From an uncultured Eubacteriales bacterium (GTDB lineage Bacteria; Acidobacteriota; Aminicenantia; Aminicenantales; Aminicenantaceae): DNA of 64,000 nt. How positions within the stretch are numbered: the first letter of the stretch is position 1; every line of letters begins with the position of its first letter. The position numbers were made by a program, and so were the translations under genes. The DNA is taken from the NCBI GenBank assembly GCA_964538085.1, contig CAZIDF010000005.1, positions 154,395-218,394 of the forward strand, read 5' to 3'. Of the stretch, positions 18,820 to 27,149 are shown one piece after another. The notes beneath the pieces were generated by a model. That model was not told where the DNA came from. It ran no database searches and was given only the letters and a program-made list of their open reading frames with translations.

Positions 18820-19191
18820 ATGAAAATGAAGGGATTCTTGGTCATTTTTCTTTTGGTAGTGATATTGGTCTTTTTCCTTTATGTGGCAAAACAGGGAGGG
18901 AAATCTCGATTGAAGGAACAAGTGGACGCTTTTGCCGAGGTAAAAGAGAAAACCACCCGCACGAATATGACTTCACTGGAAAAAGCCATCGATTTATTTA
19001 TCGCACAACAGGGGAGAGTCCCCACGGAGCTGAGGGAAATTCAAACCTTCGGTCCCTCTATCTATGTTGACTCGGATTCCTGGGGAAATAAAATTAAATA
19101 CGAAAGGATCTCGGACTCGAGCTATCGGCTTATTTCGGCCGGGAAGGATAAAACCTTTAATACGGATGATGATATTGTCATCGAGAATTGA
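18820..19191 (+). CDS. Type II secretion GspG-like pseudopilin-domain protein with an atypical N-terminus
   Basis: The C-terminal region (DSDSWGNKIKYERISDSSYRLISAGKDKTFNTDDDIVIE) matches the T2SS_G C-terminal signature (D.WGNPY.Y......Y.L.S.G.DG..GT.DDI). The N-terminus MKMKGF|LVIFLLVV has the G-F of a prepilin cleavage site but lacks the conserved Glu+5. A good SD is present. Confidence 0.55.
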   Translation: MKMKGFLVIFLLVVILVFFLYVAKQGGKSRLKEQVDAFAEVKEKTTRTNMTSLEKAIDLFIAQQGRVPTELREIQTFGPSIYVDSDSWGNKIKYERISDSSYRLISAGKDKTFNTDDDIVIEN

Positions 19192-19197
19192 AAAACA

Positions 19198-19734
19198 ATG
19201 AGCAGTCAACAGATAATTTTCGGTCTTCTTGAGTTTTTTGTCACTGTCCTGATCAGCTTTATCCTGATTTTTGGCAGCTACAAGATCATTCTTGTCCTGA
19301 CTCGTCGCATCGATGAAGAAATGCAGCTCAAGAAAAAAAATGTATCTGTCGGCATAGTCTTGGGGAGCATTTTCATCGGGGAAGCCCTGGTGGTCAAACA
19401 GGCCTTGTATCCAGTGATGGCCGTTATTCAGCTTTTTGTGTTGGGGCAGGAGAAAGATGCAAGAAGCTTTTTAGAACTGCTACTGTACGGTTTTGGCTAT
19501 GTTATTCTTGCCGGAATATTGGCTATCCTCTGTATTTTGTTCAGTTTTTGGTTATTTAACAGATTGACACCGAACATAGATACCTATCAGGAAATACAGG
19601 AAAATAATTTGGCGGTGGCCGTATTGATGGCTCTATTCATTGTCGGGATTTGTTTGTTGATGAGTGCTGGCGTATCGGGTCTTGTTCGCGCTCTTATCCC
19701 ATTCCCGGAGATCGGTTCCATCCCCCTCAAATAA
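19198..19734 (+). CDS. Membrane protein with two DUF350 (YjfL-like) repeats
   Basis: Two repeats of the pattern transmembrane helix-...Y(K/N)...T....D...E(I/M)......N.(A/S)V(G/A)..LG.I.G.AL. They are similar to E. coli YjfL (GYKLFDKITPYDLHHEIVEDKNVALAILFAGYLLG). The gene is 6 nt downstream of the GspG-like gene. Confidence 0.5.
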   Translation: MSSQQIIFGLLEFFVTVLISFILIFGSYKIILVLTRRIDEEMQLKKKNVSVGIVLGSIFIGEALVVKQALYPVMAVIQLFVLGQEKDARSFLELLLYGFGYVILAGILAILCILFSFWLFNRLTPNIDTYQEIQENNLAVAVLMALFIVGICLLMSAGVSGLVRALIPFPEIGSIPLK

Positions 19735-20852
19735 TGGCCTTGATTATTCAAAAATACGCTCATATTTTTATCTTTTTGATCACATTGTCTTTTTTTGTCG
19801 GGCTTATCCTGCTTTTCTGGCTTCTGCCAAGCCATCGCGAATCACCATTATTCATGCGCGCTCATCATAGAGCTGCAGAAAATGCTTTTCAGAACTTGCC
19901 TGAATTCGATCGCCAAGAGGACCAGGAAAACTATTACCTTTCGTATGGATGGACGGATTTTGACGGGAGCTCCCGCAACATATCTTTTCCCCTATCTAAG
20001 AAAATGCTGAATGAAGCGGAGGAAGAGTTCGGCTACTTCCCGGCAGATCTGCGTAAACACGTGGATGATAGCTTGGAGAGGTTCAGCGAGCAGATGATTG
20101 AATACCTCAGAGAATTTGTACAAAAGTTGATCCAGAAAAGTAAATATCCAGAATATATTTTCATAGAAAATACCACGGCGAAAAGTTTTGGCCTGAAACT
20201 ATCTGTGCCTCCCTCCCTTCATAAAAAGGTCAAGCGGGAATTCGACAAGATAAAGGGGAAGTTGGCCCAAGAGCAAGAAAAATATCAAAAACGCATGGAT
20301 AAGGAACTAGAAGAAGCAAAAGCCCTGTTTTTTAAGAGTCGTGGTATCCGTCTTTTTGATGGGAAGATCGGAGTAGATCATCGTGTATGTGTGATGAATA
20401 ACCAGGCAAGAGTCAGACCTATCTTTGAAATCATGCGGGAAAACAACCGAGATCTTTCCCTTCACCAGTTTTTAGATCTATTGCTTTCCTATATCCAAGA
20501 TCTTAGATTCTATATTCCTCCTCTTCAAGAGAGAGGGAAGGTCATCCTTTCTTTTTGGGTTCCTCCCAGGGTTTTGGCAGACAATTTTGGTGATTGCGAC
20601 TCAAAAGGAGTGACCTTCGCATCCTTTTGGACCAATTTCAAGAAATATCCTATTCTGCTTATAACCGTGCCAGATCATTTTTTTGTGGGCCTTGGGATAC
20701 CTTCCTTTACTGGTGAGGGATTGGTCATCAACGGTTTGAGATATACACTATGCGAGGTAACAGGTCCTGGAAAGATGCCCCCAGGAATGATCGGGCGCTA
20801 CAGCCAGGCAAGCTTAAAGAATGGTCAATATGTGTATGAGCTTATAAACTGA
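19734..20852 (+). CDS. Membrane-anchored hypothetical protein with a conserved Cys/His pair (possible thiol hydrolase-like fold)
   Basis: The start codon overlaps the DUF350 stop (TAATG). There is one N-terminal transmembrane helix (MALIIQKYAHIFIFLITLSFFVGLILLFWLL). The C-terminal region contains FGDCDSKGVTFASFW...LITVPDHFFVGLGIP. The six-frame ORF 19650-20852 was trimmed to the overlap-coupled ATG. Confidence 0.35.
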   Translation: MALIIQKYAHIFIFLITLSFFVGLILLFWLLPSHRESPLFMRAHHRAAENAFQNLPEFDRQEDQENYYLSYGWTDFDGSSRNISFPLSKKMLNEAEEEFGYFPADLRKHVDDSLERFSEQMIEYLREFVQKLIQKSKYPEYIFIENTTAKSFGLKLSVPPSLHKKVKREFDKIKGKLAQEQEKYQKRMDKELEEAKALFFKSRGIRLFDGKIGVDHRVCVMNNQARVRPIFEIMRENNRDLSLHQFLDLLLSYIQDLRFYIPPLQERGKVILSFWVPPRVLADNFGDCDSKGVTFASFWTNFKKYPILLITVPDHFFVGLGIPSFTGEGLVINGLRYTLCEVTGPGKMPPGMIGRYSQASLKNGQYVYELIN

Positions 20853-20855
20853 GTT

Positions 20856-21245
20856 TTATCTTTTTCTAGGCGAGAAAAACAGATATTTTATTCTTTTCCA
20901 GATGCTCGGATTTTCTGTAGTGTCTTCGATCAATATTTTCTCCGTTGTCTTCCGGAAAAAAGCCTTTTCCATGTAATCTTTTTTGTGCTCGAATGTTTCG
21001 AAGTCATAGGCTTTTCTTTTTTTTGTGTTTTTGAGCGTCTCGAATGCTTGGTCTATTCGAACCAGAATATCTTTTCGATCTTCCTCAGAGAGGAGACTGT
21101 GATAGGCGATAGAATCTGTCTGATAGGTTGTTTTACAAAGCTCGTAGGCTCTTTCGATTTCCTGAAGAGAAGCGTTTTTGTTGACATTCAGAAGTTCATA
21201 AAAATTCAACTCTGAGACATTCTTTATCTTCATCGCGTTCATCAA
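20856..21245 (-). CDS. Degenerate J-domain protein (HPD motif replaced by QTD)
   Basis: NFYELLNVNKNASLQEIERAYELCKTTYQTDSIAYHSLLSEEDRKDILVRIDQAFETLKNTKKRKAYD aligns helix-for-helix with the DnaJ J-domain (DYYEILGV...KYHPD...KFKEI.EAYEVL....KRA.YD). The catalytic HPD tripeptide is absent. It lies downstream of the MinD-like gene on the same strand. Confidence 0.55.
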   Translation of the reverse strand: MMNAMKIKNVSELNFYELLNVNKNASLQEIERAYELCKTTYQTDSIAYHSLLSEEDRKDILVRIDQAFETLKNTKKRKAYDFETFEHKKDYMEKAFFRKTTEKILIEDTTENPSIWKRIKYLFFSPRKR

Positions 21246-21329
21246 CTTTCTGTGTCTGTCATATATTTACGTATTCTGCAAGGCAATTTTGCCTTTTGAT
21301 CCAGATACGAGGTTGGATGGCAAATGACT

Positions 21330-22274
21330 TTATTTGTAAGCCAATTTCTCCACGATCGATCGAATGGATAGCGCAACCTCTGAATCTGGATATAAGCTCA
21401 TATAGGGCGTCATATTTTTTAAGCTCAGATGTATTCTCTCATCATGGGGGATTGCTCCCAGGAACTTCATATCCACGGCGAGATATTTTTTCACCACGTC
21501 CACGATGGATTGTCCCAGCAAAAAATCTCTTTCACTCCGCGCATTATTGATGATCAGGCAGGGATTAAATTTTTTGAAGGCCCTGAACAAAACATGAGCA
21601 TAATGCTTATCATGCGAAATGATCTCATTCAGAAAGGTGTAGATAGACTTGGAATTATCTTTGACGTGGACCGCGATTTTGTCTACCAGATCCTCGATGC
21701 CATAAAATTCTGTGTAGACTTTTAGGATTCTGATGATACAGGATTTAAGAAAATAATATGCGTTTTCTATGGAAGTGGGTTCGGGATTCACGACAAGTAT
21801 TCCTGGATTGGAAAGAAGAAAAAAATCGATACAGTTATAGGAAGCTCCTGTACCGATATCCACGATGACCCTTTTGGCATCGAATGCTTTGATATGCCGG
21901 ATCAGTTTCAGTTTTTTGTAATAATTCAAATTGGCCATGAACAAAATATTTTCAGTGCCTTTTATAAGCTTGAGTCCAGCGAATGGAGTTAAAATAACGG
22001 TATCTTTCAGGTTCGGGACCTTATTCGTTATAAAATCACCAAGGTCGAGGTTGCTTTCTTTCATGCCGAGAAAAGTGTGGAGATTGGGCCCCCCTAGATC
22101 CGCATCGATCAAGGTTACATCATTTTCCAGGTTGGCCAGCTGAATAGCCAGACTGGCTGATACAAAGCTTTTTCCGGTGCCACCTTTTCCTCCGCCCACG
22201 GCCCAAATGGTTTTTTCACTTCCCTTGTGAATGGATAGGAGAGGAATATTTATATCTGTGTTTGTTTGGTGCAT
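21330..22274 (-). CDS. MinD/FlhG(ParA)-family P-loop ATPase
   Basis: Has the deviant Walker A GGGKGGTGKS and a switch region IDADLGGPNLHTFLG. The Walker B-like motif VIVDIGTGAS resembles the FlhG DTGAG motif. The C-terminal IPHDERIHLSLKNMTPYMSLYPDSEVALSIRSIVEKL resembles the MinD/FlhG C-terminal region. Only about 24 aa precede the P-loop. Confidence 0.65.
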   Translation of the reverse strand: MHQTNTDINIPLLSIHKGSEKTIWAVGGGKGGTGKSFVSASLAIQLANLENDVTLIDADLGGPNLHTFLGMKESNLDLGDFITNKVPNLKDTVILTPFAGLKLIKGTENILFMANLNYYKKLKLIRHIKAFDAKRVIVDIGTGASYNCIDFFLLSNPGILVVNPEPTSIENAYYFLKSCIIRILKVYTEFYGIEDLVDKIAVHVKDNSKSIYTFLNEIISHDKHYAHVLFRAFKKFNPCLIINNARSERDFLLGQSIVDVVKKYLAVDMKFLGAIPHDERIHLSLKNMTPYMSLYPDSEVALSIRSIVEKLAYK

Positions 22275-22472
22275 TTTATTATGAAGTTTTAAATTTTCTT
22301 AGCCTCGCGATTTTGATGAATTTTCATTTTAGCACATTAAAAAGTTGAATTTAAACAAAAGATACAAAAAAATATATTTATTGAATTACAGCGCGAATTC
22401 TGTTATTTTACATGTTTATACGAGTATATTTTCTTACAGGCCTTTTATTTAGAGCAGAGGAGAGCTTACCAG

Positions 22473-22808
22473 TTGAAAGATTACGGCGATATCGATAGCA
22501 AATTCAGGTATGTAATTTTAGCAGCGCTACGCGCAAAACAATTGCTGGCGGGAGCGAAGCCTCGCCTCAAATCGAGATCAAAAAACTTAATCCGCATTGC
22601 ACAGGAAGAAGTGAAACAGGGGCTTGTGGATTTCGAGATCGTCAAATCAGCCAAAGAAGGATTGGAAGAGGTATCCGATTCCTATCAGGAAATATTTATC
22701 GGAGAAGAAATAACACCAGAAGCCGAACAAGAGCCGGAAAAGAAAGAAAAGAAGAAAGAAAAGAAAGAAAAGAAAAAAAAGAAGTCAGAAAAGAGCAAAA
22801 AATCCTAG
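22473..22808 (+). CDS. rpoZ: DNA-directed RNA polymerase subunit omega with a Lys/Glu-rich C-terminal tail
   Basis: FRYVILAALRAKQLLAGAKPRL...NLIRIAQEEVKQGLVDF matches the RpoZ core. The last 35 aa or so are KEKKKEKKEKKKKKSEKSKKS, encoded by an (AAAGAAAAG)n-like repeat. Confidence 0.75.
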   Translation: MKDYGDIDSKFRYVILAALRAKQLLAGAKPRLKSRSKNLIRIAQEEVKQGLVDFEIVKSAKEGLEEVSDSYQEIFIGEEITPEAEQEPEKKEKKKEKKEKKKKKSEKSKKS

Positions 22809-23317
22809 CTCTTATCCCCCATTTTTAGTAGCTGGATATAATCTTTCTTGATAAATTCCTTTTTTGCGTATCCCAAAGAGCTTGCAAACCTGACTATATG
22901 GGATTGTTCCCCTTCCAATTCAACAAAGTTTCCGATAGATGTCTCATCCACGCTTATTTTCAATTTCTTTGTTCGATAAATCGTTCTGAATTTGTCATAA
23001 CTGAATGTGGGGACGAATCCCAGCTCTTTCAGGATTTTTTTCATATGCTTTGCATTTTTTACTTCTGTTTCGTATTCTTCGCGAATTTTAAACTTCCTCG
23101 ATTTTTGAGGAGGCCCTTTATAAGTTAAATAGGCTTTTTTGTTTTCTGTCCTGAGCCGCAGCGCGCTTTTTCGGTTGTACAGAAGTTTTGATGGAAAATC
23201 GTAGAGGGTATTTTCCTCCCAAAAGCGGTCTTTTGCTAATTTAGCCCCTAAGACAAGAAGTTTTCTAGCCAACTTTGCCAAATCGTCAATTCTTATTTTG
23301 ACTTCGATTTCTGTCAT
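22805..23317 (-). CDS. CYTH-domain protein (class IV adenylyl cyclase / triphosphatase-like)
   Basis: A 170-aa protein with the N-terminal EIEVKIRI motif (the ExExK signature of CYTH/CyaB/ThTPase) and a beta-barrel-like alternation pattern. Confidence 0.6.
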   Translation of the reverse strand: MTEIEVKIRIDDLAKLARKLLVLGAKLAKDRFWEENTLYDFPSKLLYNRKSALRLRTENKKAYLTYKGPPQKSRKFKIREEYETEVKNAKHMKKILKELGFVPTFSYDKFRTIYRTKKLKISVDETSIGNFVELEGEQSHIVRFASSLGYAKKEFIKKDYIQLLKMGDKS

Positions 23318-23331
23318 ATTCCCTATTCTGA

Positions 23332-24354
23332 TTATTTTTTTCTGTACAAGGTGAAATCAGGGAATAAGGAAAGAGCGTCCCGGTGGACGGATGAAGGCAG
23401 TTGTTGGAGGAGTTGTTTGGAATGGTTCGAAAATTCTTCAGCTTTTTTTCGGGTGTATTCTAGAGCCCCGTTGGATTTTACAGTGCGAAGGATCTTCTCG
23501 AGAGAGGATTTATCCAGCACTTTCTTATTCAGCATTTCCAAGATGCGGTCGCGGTTTTCCTTGCCATCATTGTGAAGGGTGTAGATCAAGGGAAGGGTTA
23601 TGCGACCTTCCCGTAAATCGGAGAGAATCGGTTTTCCCAGTTTCTTTTCATCTCCGGTATAGTCCAACAGGTCATCGATAATTTGGAATGTCAACCCGAG
23701 ATTCGTTCCAAAATCTGCCAGGATATTTTCTACTTCCTCTTGAACGTTTCCCAGAATTGCCCCGATTTTGCAGGAAGCCGAGAACAAGGAAGCTGTTTTT
23801 TTATTGATTATATCGAGATAGGCGTATTCGTCGATATCCAGATTCCAGCTGACGGCATATTCGTTCAGCTCTCCCTCGATCATTTCGGATGAAACATCGG
23901 TGAGAATTTGCACGATCCTTTTGTGTTTACTTTGAAGAGAATTGCCGATTGTTTTGATATACAGATAGTCGCCCAAAAGAACGGTGATATTCGGCCCCCA
24001 TTTGGTATGAACGGATTCTTGCCCTCTTCTTGTGTTTGAATTATCGATTATATCGTCGTGGAGGAGGCTGGCTGTATGAATAGTTTCAACGAGACTGGAC
24101 ATGGTGATGTGCTCATCCCCTGTGTATCCGCAGAGTTTTGAACAAAGGATGAGAAGCGCAGGCCTTAACCTTTTTCCCGAATTTTTGAAGAGATAGGAAC
24201 TGATTTCTGCAATAATTTTATTCGGAGATTTTATGAATTTCTTGAGTTCTTCTTCTACTGCATCCAGGTCTTTCTGGATATCGCCGTATAGATCGCGTAT
24301 TCCTGGAATTTTTTTGATCTGGGAAGTATCCAGCTCTTTGAGTAATTCCTTCAT
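23332..24354 (-). CDS. Polyprenyl diphosphate synthase (trans-isoprenyl diphosphate synthase family)
   Basis: First aspartate-rich motif LLHDDIIDNSNTRRG and second motif FQIIDDLLDYTGDEKKLGK. It is 340 aa long. Confidence 0.8.
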   Translation of the reverse strand: MKELLKELDTSQIKKIPGIRDLYGDIQKDLDAVEEELKKFIKSPNKIIAEISSYLFKNSGKRLRPALLILCSKLCGYTGDEHITMSSLVETIHTASLLHDDIIDNSNTRRGQESVHTKWGPNITVLLGDYLYIKTIGNSLQSKHKRIVQILTDVSSEMIEGELNEYAVSWNLDIDEYAYLDIINKKTASLFSASCKIGAILGNVQEEVENILADFGTNLGLTFQIIDDLLDYTGDEKKLGKPILSDLREGRITLPLIYTLHNDGKENRDRILEMLNKKVLDKSSLEKILRTVKSNGALEYTRKKAEEFSNHSKQLLQQLPSSVHRDALSLFPDFTLYRKK

Positions 24355-24395
24355 ATTAACTCGTTAATCGTCGCCTTATATTAACATCTCGTTCT

Positions 24396-25178
24396 TCATA
24401 TTTCAATCGGAAAAAGAGACGCAAAATTTTGTGATGTTAACTGGGCGACTTCACTCAGATCGACTTGATGAATGCCGGAAAGAGTTTTTGCGACTTCCTT
24501 TACGTATATCGGTTCATTCCTTTTGATCCTTCCTCTATAAGGGACCGGTGCAAGATAAGGAGAATCGGTTTCGATCAAAGTTTTTGCCAGGGGGAGTTTT
24601 TTTGCCACATCTCTCAACGACTGAGCATTCGGGTATGTAAGAATTCCTGAAAAAGATATCAAAAAATTCTGTTCAAGCATGTGTTCGGCGAATTCCCAGT
24701 TTTCGGCGAAGCAGTGGAGCACACCGCCGTTGGAAAAACCTTCTTCCTCGATTGCCACGGCGATCTCAGCGGCAGCATTCCGGCTGTGGATCACGACAGG
24801 AAGGCCCAGATCTTGAGCTAGGTTTAATTGGTTCCTGAACGCCTTCCTTTGTTCTTCAGGCGAAGATAAATTGTAGTGAAAATCGAGCCCGATCTCTCCG
24901 ATAGCCACTATTTTTTTCTCAGATGCTAACCGTTGGACTGTCGATGCCACTCCTGCATGAAATTCCCTGGCATTGTGGGGATGCACACCGGCCGCTGCAA
25001 AAATATTCTTGTGCTTTTCGATAAGGTCTAGAGCGATCCGGAGATTTTTTGGCTCTGTGAGTTCAACCGGACATAAAATGGCTTCTATATCATCTTGGAA
25101 AGCCCTAGCGATGACTTGGTCACGATCATCCTGGAATTCTTCCGAATTGATATGGGCATGGGAGTCGACAAATTTCAT
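24396..25178 (-). CDS. TatD-family metal-dependent DNase/hydrolase
   Basis: MKFVDSHAHINSEEF at the N-terminus, then the conserved His/Glu/Asp metal ligands (GEIGLDFHY...HSR...ETDSPYL) through to the C-terminus. It is 260 aa long. Confidence 0.8.
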   Translation of the reverse strand: MKFVDSHAHINSEEFQDDRDQVIARAFQDDIEAILCPVELTEPKNLRIALDLIEKHKNIFAAAGVHPHNAREFHAGVASTVQRLASEKKIVAIGEIGLDFHYNLSSPEEQRKAFRNQLNLAQDLGLPVVIHSRNAAAEIAVAIEEEGFSNGGVLHCFAENWEFAEHMLEQNFLISFSGILTYPNAQSLRDVAKKLPLAKTLIETDSPYLAPVPYRGRIKRNEPIYVKEVAKTLSGIHQVDLSEVAQLTSQNFASLFPIEI

Positions 25179-25253
25179 AGCTGTTCTGTCAAGTGGGTAA
25201 GGCTTAGTACACAGGGCAAAAAATCCGAATGTTTATTTAGATCCTTTAGCCGG

Positions 25254-27026
25254 TTACTGCTCTAATATTTTCTTTTTCAGATGCCTGAGTGGCAGGGCTC
25301 CATAACTGAGAAGTTTGGACATGAATTCTTTCTCGTTGAATGCATCCCCTTTGAGTTGCTTATACTCGTTTTGCATGTCCAAAATTTCTTGCATGCCCAC
25401 ATAGGCATAGGTTGCATCGCCAGGAAGGAGCAGAATCCGTTTCCATTTTCTCTCCGCTTCAGCTTCAGTCTGGAATCCAACCCTGACCATGTAGTTTATG
25501 GCATTCTCTTTGGTCCAGTTGCTCTCGTGGACCTGGATTTCTGCGATAAAATCCGTGATGACCCTGAGCTTCATCTTGAGCTGGTGGAGTCGGAGATTGA
25601 GGTCATAGTTTCCAAAACCATGGAATATCAACATCTCTTCGAAGGGAATGGACCAACCTTTTAACAGCGGCAAACTGGGATAGAGGTTTCTCAATAAGGA
25701 GGAATTTTTTCTGGCATAAAATGATGGAACAAATGTTCCGGGATAGATTTTCCGGACCGCATAAAACGGGAGCAAAAAATTGTTATATTCTTCGAGGAAC
25801 GATGTGGTTTGATCCACATCCCAATCATCGGGAATTGGAGCGATCTGACATGTGTAGGCGCTCGATGTTTCATAAGCTCCAGGAGAGACGAGCCTGGTCC
25901 ACGTGATCCCTTGATAAGCTTCTGGCATAGGTTCGATGGTGAGATTATTTTCGGGTAAATCGACGAGCTGTTTCTCCACGAGAAAGTTTTTGATTTCCTC
26001 GACCGATGATGTGAGCTTGTCCATGAATTCATCCTTGGACACATGGTTTTGCCTTGCCTTTTCCAGAACGCCTTGAATGATTATCCGTCTCATTTCGTCC
26101 TCTCCCCTTTGAGCTGCGAGTTGCTGCATATCGACTTCTGGATACATCAATCTGTACAATGGGAGGCAGACCATGGACATCTCGACTTTTGTGATGTTGT
26201 TAATGTCGGCTGTCGCTCTCTCTGCCAGCTCCTGGACAGGAATATTATTCTGGAGTGTTAATCGCAAGAGCCTGGCATGGGCTTCTCCCAGTCTGAAATT
26301 TCCTGTTGATTTGGGCAGAAGCTCGTTGCTCAGATAGTTTTGGTAGTCTTCCAGAGCCGGGATGACTTTTCCCAGCTCTGCGAGAAGTTTGGTTCTCTGC
26401 TCCTCGGGGACTTGTGAGATCAGGGTGGGAAGTTCGGTTCTGTAAATCTCGAAAATGGCAGGGAATTGCTTGATAGCCGTTTCGGCGGAGATTTGTGTGG
26501 GGGTTTTCAAGCTATCCTTAGCTTGTTTGATAAGCTTAGGAAGGTTTTTGAGCCGTTCTGTCGCGTTTTTGGCTCGGGCATCTAGAGGGGCATACTCTTT
26601 TTCCAATAAAGGTCTTACGCAATTGATGAATATGGAGTTATAAAAAATGGGGTCGTATTCCCAAGGAATAAGCTGTTCGTGCTTCAGCTTTTCAAGGTCA
26701 AGGGCATCCATCAAAATTTCGTGATCGATCTGGACCTCAGGACTCATTTTGGTCCTGTCCACTTTGGTCACGAGATCCTGGTTGAACTTATCCAATTCTT
26801 CCATTCGTTTTTCGAGATTTTTTTCTGTGAAATCTTCCAGTTTGTTGTCATACTTGTGGAAGCCGGCCATTGTGCCAGCTGTCGGCTGGAACTTCCAAAT
26901 GGCGTCTAAAAATTCTTCCGTCAGTTTTTGAAACTTTCCATCCTCTTCATTTTGCTGGGACAGAAGCAGACCTGTATTGAACAGGACGAAGACGATGATG
27001 AAGACAGAGGTGATGAATTTCCTCAT
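25254..27026 (-). CDS. Secreted DUF885-like protein
   Basis: Has a signal peptide, is 590 aa, and has an N-terminal FLDAIWKFQPTAGTMAGFHKYDNKL motif resembling DUF885 proteins. The usual HE..PGHH motif appears degenerate (IYPGTFVP). Confidence 0.4.
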   Translation of the reverse strand: MRKFITSVFIIVFVLFNTGLLLSQQNEEDGKFQKLTEEFLDAIWKFQPTAGTMAGFHKYDNKLEDFTEKNLEKRMEELDKFNQDLVTKVDRTKMSPEVQIDHEILMDALDLEKLKHEQLIPWEYDPIFYNSIFINCVRPLLEKEYAPLDARAKNATERLKNLPKLIKQAKDSLKTPTQISAETAIKQFPAIFEIYRTELPTLISQVPEEQRTKLLAELGKVIPALEDYQNYLSNELLPKSTGNFRLGEAHARLLRLTLQNNIPVQELAERATADINNITKVEMSMVCLPLYRLMYPEVDMQQLAAQRGEDEMRRIIIQGVLEKARQNHVSKDEFMDKLTSSVEEIKNFLVEKQLVDLPENNLTIEPMPEAYQGITWTRLVSPGAYETSSAYTCQIAPIPDDWDVDQTTSFLEEYNNFLLPFYAVRKIYPGTFVPSFYARKNSSLLRNLYPSLPLLKGWSIPFEEMLIFHGFGNYDLNLRLHQLKMKLRVITDFIAEIQVHESNWTKENAINYMVRVGFQTEAEAERKWKRILLLPGDATYAYVGMQEILDMQNEYKQLKGDAFNEKEFMSKLLSYGALPLRHLKKKILEQ

Positions 27027-27149
27027 TGGGTCCTCCTGTGTGCAGGCGTTTTTGTGTTCATCTATACCTAAGTTTAGGTTGAAAATATAAAGTGCAATCC
27101 TATCATAAATTCTTCCCTAAAAGCAATCTATCCAAGTCGAAATACATGG

